The translations under genes and the position numbers were made by a program. A stretch of 35,062 nucleotides of DNA, from positions 1-35,062 of IMG/VR virus record IMGVR_UViG_2548876964_000015; one strand, 5' to 3'. Position 1 is the first letter of the stretch, and each line of letters starts with the position of its first letter. Under the pieces are notes generated by a model. The model saw nothing but the letters and a program-made list of their open reading frames with translations, was not told the origin of the DNA and searched no databases. This DNA is from a virus (lineage: Duplodnaviria; Heunggongvirae; Uroviricota; Caudoviricetes). Of this stretch, positions 28,541 to 35,062 are shown in pieces.

Positions 28541-31517
28541 TATTTAGCTCCTTTGCCACACCTAATAACAGTTCCAGCAATCCGTCACCATTCATCAGTG
28601 ATGCGGCAGCGGCCTCTTTGTCATGATACAACTGAAGAGCCATAGAGAATACTTCCGTTGCTGACGTTTTGGAAATAGTCGGTGATTTCTGCCGAATTTT
28701 CCCGGAATTACTTACTGAGGCTGGCGGGTATACCTTCGCCATATAAATATTACTCAATCGAGATCTGAAGCACCATTCAGGCTTGCCACGCCCACCGATA
28801 TTGACGAATGATGGCTTATCCCCTTCAACATTGGCCTTCAGGAATGACTGGGCTTTCTCTAACAAACCAGGGTTACTGTACTCAAGATGATGACCCAGCT
28901 CGTGCCACAGTGCACTTGCATTTTTATCGTTCAAATTGACAGCAACAACACCATTTAGATTTGCATATGCCCTTCCCTGGTGGTGAACTACCTTTGATAA
29001 GGTCGATATTTTCCCGCCGGTCAGGCGATAAATATCAGCAAGTTCCTTGCGCAGGTCTATCCCACCATTCTGTCCAGCGCGGACTTCTTCCACTTCTTCT
29101 GTGATAAAAGAGTCGGCCCACTCAAGAGCTTTTTCTTCAGATACGGATGAGTTTGCGATCGCACTGTTCATGGCAGATAACACTTTCTCGTGGACCGAAC
29201 CCATACTTCGCTGATTCATTTGCCAGCGTGTCTGCGGGTTATATGAGAATCGCTTAAGTAGTTGGTCAAGCTGCTCAAGTTCTTCTTCACTGACATACTT
29301 TTTAGCCTCACCAATAATGCCAGGGAGAATATTGCCGTTAGGATTAAACGCTCGCGAAAGGAAGAGTTTCAGCGCCCCCATGCCCTCCGATGCTTCAATA
29401 TCACCAATAACCCGGTTAACAATGGCCGCACTCTTCGGATTAGCATCCGCCAACGCTCTGGCTACGATTTGCAGGGACGATACGACCTCACGCTGCATAT
29501 CAGTCCTGATCTCATCAATAAACTCTGGCGTTATGCCGTGCTCTTTAAGGATATCCCGGCCTTCCGCCGTTACCCCATCGATATCACCGACATGTTTATT
29601 AACACGACTTTGCAATGCCTTAAATGCCTTCAGAATTCCACGGGCATCATCCGCTTTACTAACGGCCTTCCTGAATGCTGGCAAGAAGTCTGAGTTAACC
29701 TCATTTTGTTGATCGGCCCACTGAATGGAGGCTTCCTTCATCTCGTCCAGAGTCAGATCACCCAACGCGGTATGGTCTGTGAATATGAGCGATAACCTCT
29801 GAACCATTTCTGCCAATGGTGATGCCGAATGCGCCGCGCTAAGGAATGCTTTCACCCTGGTTGGGCGAATGGAAAACCAGTCAATAGCTGGTGGCATATC
29901 TCCGTTTTTTATCGCCTGCGCTATCTCGTCAAAGCCATCGCGCCCAAGGGAGGATGCGTGATTTAACAAGCCGCGAAGTAACGAATTGCTGATACCGAAT
30001 AATCGGCACCATTTTTTCACGTCGGCAACAGGCATTCGAACAAAATGCGCAAGCACTTGAACAAGCTGTTCATCCTGGGGATCTGTACGGGAAAGCAGCC
30101 TGATCAGATGAATAATGTCTTTGATGCCGGATGCCCGATGTAATAGCAAGCTGGTATATGGAGCAACACCGTTGTAACTACCGCCAGAAGCTGACTCGAA
30201 AAGACCGCCAGATATCCCTTGCATACCTTCGTTTTCCAGTTCCTGAGATACCTGGCGAAGGATATCCTGTAACGACACATCGCCGCCGCCAAACATATCC
30301 CCGAGCGCCTGGCCCTGGTGCTGTAACTCATCATTGATACGTTGCGCCATCAACTTAAAGGCGGTGGCCATACGCTTCGCGCTACGGTTATTCGCGACGA
30401 TGAACAACGCGAGTGCTTTCACTTCCGGGGCCGTTTCGCTGAACATATCCCCCTGAGCAATAACATCGGTAATATGCTGGCCTGACTCCTTCGATTGCCT
30501 TACCAGGTCTACCGCATCTTTCAATGCCGCCAGCGCCTTTTTATCGAGGCTATCCGATGTCTCAATGCCATCAACAATAGTTGTCACAGCCTGCTTGTGC
30601 GCTTCTCCTGATAAAGCCTGCATCTGGACAAAATCATTGGCTGCCGCATTAAGCGCCGTCAGAACATTACGCATATCCGGATCAGGTTCTTCTGCAACCA
30701 TCCTTACCAGGCGCGCATCCTTATATGCCTTGGCAAAGATCGCGTTTTGTATACGGTCAACAAGTTGCCGTGTTGGTCGCCCATCTTCAGTTACAAGGCC
30801 AGCCGCCTGTGTGGCACCAACTTGCGTCATAAATCCGCGAATAAACGCGTCATTACTGCGGCTAAGCAGATCTCCGCTTTCTGACGGGTTAAAAAGCGCC
30901 ATCATCGCCGGTGTTATGCTGTCGGCATCAACAAAAGCCTTTTCACTGGCTGCCATTTCCTGAAGATCAGAAATATTTGAGTCCTTGGCAAACTGAACGC
31001 GGTCAACCTTAGTTAACCGGCGGCGCACCAGTACCGGAGCCGTCATTGATTCAACCTTTTCAGGTCGTATGCCGAATTCGGTCGCATGATCAATCAGGTA
31101 CTCACGATACCGATCCGCATTGCCGTCCTGATAGGCTTTGATGATCCCCATGGTCCGTCCATTACCTGACTCAACGGCATTGTCCTCACCAATTATCGGC
31201 GCGCCATGGCTGGATAAACCGGAATCGGTAAGCTGAGCAGGCCGCAAATCTTTGGATATCTGGTTAACCTGAAGAAGGCTGGATGCGCGGGTCCGGTCGC
31301 GCGGCTGAAGTTCCTGGGGATAGTCTGGATTAATTTTCCCATCCAGAGTATTGGATACCAAAAGAACTGAGGCATCGACGATATCAAACGCTGTTTTTAC
31401 CTCGTCTCCCTTCGCTGTCACCACATACGAAACCCGCCCATAATCGGGCAGGTTCTTTAGCAGCTCGATCAGCGTTTCTATGCTGGTGGCCATTACCACC
31501 TGATCGCTTAAGCTCAT
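28530..31517 (-). CDS. ddrB: DdrB-like large protein of the darA operon (995 aa)
   Basis: Assigned by size and order (ddrB-ddrA-darA-hdf) as in P1. Confidence 0.7.
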   Translation of the reverse strand: MSLSDQVVMATSIETLIELLKNLPDYGRVSYVVTAKGDEVKTAFDIVDASVLLVSNTLDGKINPDYPQELQPRDRTRASSLLQVNQISKDLRPAQLTDSGLSSHGAPIIGEDNAVESGNGRTMGIIKAYQDGNADRYREYLIDHATEFGIRPEKVESMTAPVLVRRRLTKVDRVQFAKDSNISDLQEMAASEKAFVDADSITPAMMALFNPSESGDLLSRSNDAFIRGFMTQVGATQAAGLVTEDGRPTRQLVDRIQNAIFAKAYKDARLVRMVAEEPDPDMRNVLTALNAAANDFVQMQALSGEAHKQAVTTIVDGIETSDSLDKKALAALKDAVDLVRQSKESGQHITDVIAQGDMFSETAPEVKALALFIVANNRSAKRMATAFKLMAQRINDELQHQGQALGDMFGGGDVSLQDILRQVSQELENEGMQGISGGLFESASGGSYNGVAPYTSLLLHRASGIKDIIHLIRLLSRTDPQDEQLVQVLAHFVRMPVADVKKWCRLFGISNSLLRGLLNHASSLGRDGFDEIAQAIKNGDMPPAIDWFSIRPTRVKAFLSAAHSASPLAEMVQRLSLIFTDHTALGDLTLDEMKEASIQWADQQNEVNSDFLPAFRKAVSKADDARGILKAFKALQSRVNKHVGDIDGVTAEGRDILKEHGITPEFIDEIRTDMQREVVSSLQIVARALADANPKSAAIVNRVIGDIEASEGMGALKLFLSRAFNPNGNILPGIIGEAKKYVSEEELEQLDQLLKRFSYNPQTRWQMNQRSMGSVHEKVLSAMNSAIANSSVSEEKALEWADSFITEEVEEVRAGQNGGIDLRKELADIYRLTGGKISTLSKVVHHQGRAYANLNGVVAVNLNDKNASALWHELGHHLEYSNPGLLEKAQSFLKANVEGDKPSFVNIGGRGKPEWCFRSRLSNIYMAKVYPPASVSNSGKIRQKSPTISKTSATEVFSMALQLYHDKEAAAASLMNGDGLLELLLGVAKELNNAD

Positions 31518-31529
31518 CCCTGTTACGCC

Positions 31530-31895
31530 TTATGCTGCCTCTTTAATGTTGGCGGCTATCCATGCCGCCGTGTGCTGTTTAACCTGGTCCAGGTCGATGT
31601 ATGTGCCAACATATTGACTCAAGTCCTGCAAGGTACCGATAAATGCATCTGTGCTCTGATCGACGAATTTATCAGCCAGGAAATCAGCAACCAGTTTTGG
31701 CACACCATCATGTACCGAAGGTTGTTTTTCCTCGCCACTACTGCCGCCGGACGCGCCGTACCCCATCTGTTGCATGATCTGGTCAATTTCATCGCTGATA
31801 TCCAGCAACTCCATGCCACTCGCGGTAGCCGCTTTGGACATCAGAGCATCCAACTTATCGCTGAGATCCATTAACTCAATAGCTGATAGTGTCAT
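31530..31895 (-). CDS. ddrA: DdrA-like protein (121 aa)
   Basis: Position; overlaps the darA stop by 4 nt. Confidence 0.6.
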   Translation of the reverse strand: MTLSAIELMDLSDKLDALMSKAATASGMELLDISDEIDQIMQQMGYGASGGSSGEEKQPSVHDGVPKLVADFLADKFVDQSTDAFIGTLQDLSQYVGTYIDLDQVKQHTAAWIAANIKEAA

Positions 31896-33811
31896 GCCGC
31901 TACCCCCGCTTTCTGGATTGCTACCAGCAGATCAGCCAGGTGGCGAGCAGCGCCATTAACCAGCTCTTCGTTTTCCTCAAAACGTCCGGCAGCCTGAAGG
32001 GCTGCAATCGCTTCCCGGACATTGCCCCGGGCGTTACGGATCTCCGCCATGTCAGTGCTTTGCATATCCATCACGTTATTGAGATATTCAATGGCTTTAT
32101 TAGCCTCTGCATCTGCTTCGCTAACCGTTTCATCAGGCTGTGCCGGGGCCGGTTCTGGCTGAGTAATCTCACCGACTTCGGCCTGCAATGCATTGATCAT
32201 GCTCTGCACCATTTTCTCGGTGCCAGCGCCCCCCGGAAACGCAATATTGGGGAAAGTTTTTTGAAACTGAGTCTTCAGCATTACGCGGAACTCGTCTGGT
32301 GAGCTGGTGGCCAGCTCCAGAGCTTTTTGTGCATATTTGCCAAACGGACCATTAGTAAGTGTCTTCGCCAGGAAGTCGAAAGAATCCTCGCGAGGCAATA
32401 ACTTCAGGTCGTACTCACTCATTTGCTGATCAGAAAGCGGGGTATCGTAAGTAGCAATGCCGTAGCGTGCATATTCATAATACGGGTCACCTTCATCAGG
32501 GCGCGGCAGAATTGCTTTGTTACCTTCAGGTATTGCGCCAGGGGCCGCCGGACGCATTTGCAGGGCATATCGATATGCACCTACAGAGACTTCTGGTTCA
32601 GGCGAAGAGCTACCGGTATCCTCCGCTGGTTCAGGTTCGACGTTTTCCGGTTTATGTTCTTCTGGTTGGACCAGGTATTCCGATACATTACCCGCTTTAT
32701 AGGCTTTAAACAGCTTGCCGATCGCATCTGCCATGTCCACACCCTGTATGGATTTAGCCTTGATCATGTATACGCTGCCATCCGGATCGGTTAACTGGAT
32801 ATACCCTTCGCCATCCCCAATGAATTGCTTCATTGATGCACCATTACTGAGCGTCGCTTCCCCGTCCATATGCATACGATTTTTGATACTGGCAAGGCGA
32901 TCCGTCAGCGCGCGAGAGTGCCCACCAGTCATCCCCGCAGGAGCAATGGTATCGCGCCCACCAGTGCGATTGAGCTGATCAATCTCCGCCTGCAAACGCT
33001 CATTTTCTTGATAAAGAGAATCCGCTTCCGAAGCAACCACGTTAATTTTCTGCTCCAGATCTGCCTTCTGGCCTTCTACCGCTGCCACCTGATCCGCGAG
33101 GTCGCTCATGGCATCCTCTTTCTGGTCACTGTCAGCCTGTAGTTGGGTTATTTCATCAACCAGGGCTTTTTTCTTCTTCTGCGCACGCTGGAATTTTGCC
33201 GAGTTTTTCTCTGCAAGGTTGGCAAGTTTCATGGTGACCTGCGCCAGCGTCATATCACGTCCACTCATCGGAGCAACGGTATGAGTAACGTCTTTTTTAT
33301 TCAGTAAGAACTGGAAAGCAATCAGCGTATCGCTATTGGTGATCCGGTTTTCCGCTGTCGGGCTATGAAACAGAATGCTGATAGTCTGACCATCACTGAG
33401 CGGAATAATGGCTGGCAGAACCGGCAGCCCGTTAACGTTACGCGCCCGGCCAATTTCAGCCCCGCCGATCGCGCGTGCACCGTTCTGGGCCACGTCCCCC
33501 GTTTTATCACTCCCCGCAGAGATTCCGGTACCATTCAGCTTCTGGTTCAATGCCCGGACAAATGCCTGCATGGTCCGGTGTAGCTGCAAACGAGTAGAAC
33601 TAATCGCCTCCAGTAAATCCGTAGCACACCAGTGGATCGGCGTGTCATAGAAGAACGTAGCCTCGATTTCCTCCAGGGTGTTGGATTCCGTCATCAGATA
33701 GCGGTCCTCACCGGCCATTAATGCGCGATATTCATCATCAGTCACTGGCGGGGGAAGCACGTCAAGCCCAGGCTTGATCGCCACCCCTTTATTGATATTG
33801 AACTGTTCCAT
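31892..33811 (-). CDS. darA: DarA-like internal head / anti-restriction protein (639 aa)
   Basis: Size and position; central coiled coil. Confidence 0.7.
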   Translation of the reverse strand: MEQFNINKGVAIKPGLDVLPPPVTDDEYRALMAGEDRYLMTESNTLEEIEATFFYDTPIHWCATDLLEAISSTRLQLHRTMQAFVRALNQKLNGTGISAGSDKTGDVAQNGARAIGGAEIGRARNVNGLPVLPAIIPLSDGQTISILFHSPTAENRITNSDTLIAFQFLLNKKDVTHTVAPMSGRDMTLAQVTMKLANLAEKNSAKFQRAQKKKKALVDEITQLQADSDQKEDAMSDLADQVAAVEGQKADLEQKINVVASEADSLYQENERLQAEIDQLNRTGGRDTIAPAGMTGGHSRALTDRLASIKNRMHMDGEATLSNGASMKQFIGDGEGYIQLTDPDGSVYMIKAKSIQGVDMADAIGKLFKAYKAGNVSEYLVQPEEHKPENVEPEPAEDTGSSSPEPEVSVGAYRYALQMRPAAPGAIPEGNKAILPRPDEGDPYYEYARYGIATYDTPLSDQQMSEYDLKLLPREDSFDFLAKTLTNGPFGKYAQKALELATSSPDEFRVMLKTQFQKTFPNIAFPGGAGTEKMVQSMINALQAEVGEITQPEPAPAQPDETVSEADAEANKAIEYLNNVMDMQSTDMAEIRNARGNVREAIAALQAAGRFEENEELVNGAARHLADLLVAIQKAGVAA

Positions 33812-33812
33812 G

Positions 33813-34424
33813 TTAATTTCCTGCTTTCAGTTGCTTAAGACGGCGTTTGAGTTCGCCATTTCGGGCCTTTTCGTTATTGAGTCGGCCTGTCTCCTTATCC
33901 AGCTTCGCCCGCAAATCAGTGATCTGCTGTTGATTGAAAGACACCGAGTTCTGCGCTGATTTATAAGCGGCAACCACCTGAGCATTCCGCTGTTTTGCCT
34001 CTTGCAGGCGCTGAAAGTTGGATTTTACTGCCGGTTTCTTGTCTACCGGATTGGCAACACGTTTCGCTTTGGCGATCAGTGATTTCTGGAATTTTGCGGA
34101 GTTTTTGCGGGCCGCTTGCCCCATGACGGTACCAAGCGTCTTGATATCCGGCGACTGAGCGTTAGGAATAGCTTTTCCATTCAGCCTCACAGACGATATA
34201 TCGCCAGTATCGTTTACCTGTATGGCAAGAATTTGTCCGTCGTTAAGAACCAGCTTTGCGGTTTTAACTTTAACGCCATCTTTCGTTGTTGCGCGGTTGC
34301 TGGAGTCAACCTCAATTACCGTAACACCGGTTTTATTGATCGCCGCGATAAGGGATTTCAGCCCCTTTTCATTAACCTGGTCAAAATCGACCGTTGCATA
34401 CTTATTTTTCGTCATCTGACACAT
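33813..34424 (-). CDS. hdf: Hdf-like protein (203 aa)
   Basis: Position upstream of darA; an alternative start at 34415 has a better SD. Confidence 0.6.
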   Translation of the reverse strand: MCQMTKNKYATVDFDQVNEKGLKSLIAAINKTGVTVIEVDSSNRATTKDGVKVKTAKLVLNDGQILAIQVNDTGDISSVRLNGKAIPNAQSPDIKTLGTVMGQAARKNSAKFQKSLIAKAKRVANPVDKKPAVKSNFQRLQEAKQRNAQVVAAYKSAQNSVSFNQQQITDLRAKLDKETGRLNNEKARNGELKRRLKQLKAGN

Positions 34425-34590
34425 CCTGTGCGAGATTTATTACGTAACTTCTGCGGATTTGCTGAGTAACAGGGAAAATCCGATACAACGGGTTAATGAA
34501 CGAGTCGCCATGCGTAACCATGACGTTGAAATGCCACAGCCGTTCTCCTTTACCCATATATTCAGTGGGTATGTACAACCATTCACTGTT

Positions 34591-35062
34591 TGAACCGCCC
34601 CGGAAATCCTGGAGACTAAACTCCCTGAGAAAAGAGGTAAAACAGGATGACTAAAAAATACTCGTTTTTCCCCCGAAGTCCGTCAGCGGGCGATTCGTAT
34701 GGTTCTGGAAAGTCAGGATGAATATGACTCACAGTGGGCGGCAATTTGTTCCATTGCCCCAAAGATTGGCTGTACGCCGGAGACTCTGCGTGTCTGGGTT
34801 CGCCAGCATGAGCGGGATACCGGGGGCGGTGATGGTGGGGCTCACCAGCGCTGAACGTCAGCGTCTGAAAGAGCTGGAACGTGAAAATCGTGAACTGCGC
34901 CGCAGTAACGATATCCTTCGCCAGGCTTCCGCTTATTTTGTCGAAGGCGGAGTTCGACCGCCTCTGGAAAAAAATGATGCCACTGCTGGATAAGCTGCGT
35001 GAGCAGGTACGGGGTCGGACCGGTTGCAGCGAACTGCATATTCGCCCCGTCAACGTATTACC
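34591..35062 (+). mobile_element. IS3-family insertion sequence, left end (runs off the window)
   Basis: Terminus TGAACCGCCCCGG at 34591; orfA-type HTH and leucine-zipper segments; A7 slippery run at 34968-34974; second-frame ORF starting [11 protein letters not shown] continues to the window edge. Confidence 0.7.
34647..34993 (+). pseudogene. IS3-family orfA interrupted by two single-base frameshifts
   Basis: ATG frame stops after 24 codons; HTH segment ([20 protein letters not shown]...) is in the +1 frame and the zipper segment ([33 protein letters not shown]) in the +2 frame. The shifts fall in an A6 run (34653-34658) and a G4 run near GGTGGGGCT. Confidence 0.6.

Overview
This window reads as a contiguous segment of a P1-like temperate phage/phage-plasmid, identified from the sequence itself and from recalled P1 biology (no database search was possible). 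It contains a perfect 34-bp loxP site (8217-8250) followed by cre, the immC genes c1 and coi on the opposite strand, several 17-bp C1-operator-like sites, ref, a mat-like gene, the 2255-aa darB gene, prt/pro head genes, a SAR-type lysozyme, ssb, and the darA operon (hxr-position ORF, ddrB, ddrA, darA, hdf). Upstream are a phage tRNA cluster (Asn, a type-II Tyr-like tRNA, Thr, and a separate Ile), an SPFH lipoprotein gene, and a DnaB-type helicase gene (ban) interrupted by a frameshift. The most interesting feature is a 378-aa RelA/SpoT-like (toxSAS-type) gene sitting exactly where P1 carries its res/mod restriction genes, between mat and the lxc/darB block. Also notable are an immI-type antisense module (a 77-nt c4-like RNA with target repeats, icd, ant) placed right next to c1, a two-gene cassette between loxP and cre, a solo TnpB element inserted after pro, a decayed IS3-family element upstream of the dar operon, and an ORF-free, hairpin-rich 0.8-kb block after the tRNAs. 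Product names for P1 genes rest on memory of the protein sequences and gene order; coordinates of CDSs follow the supplied ORF track, with several starts moved to internal ATGs.
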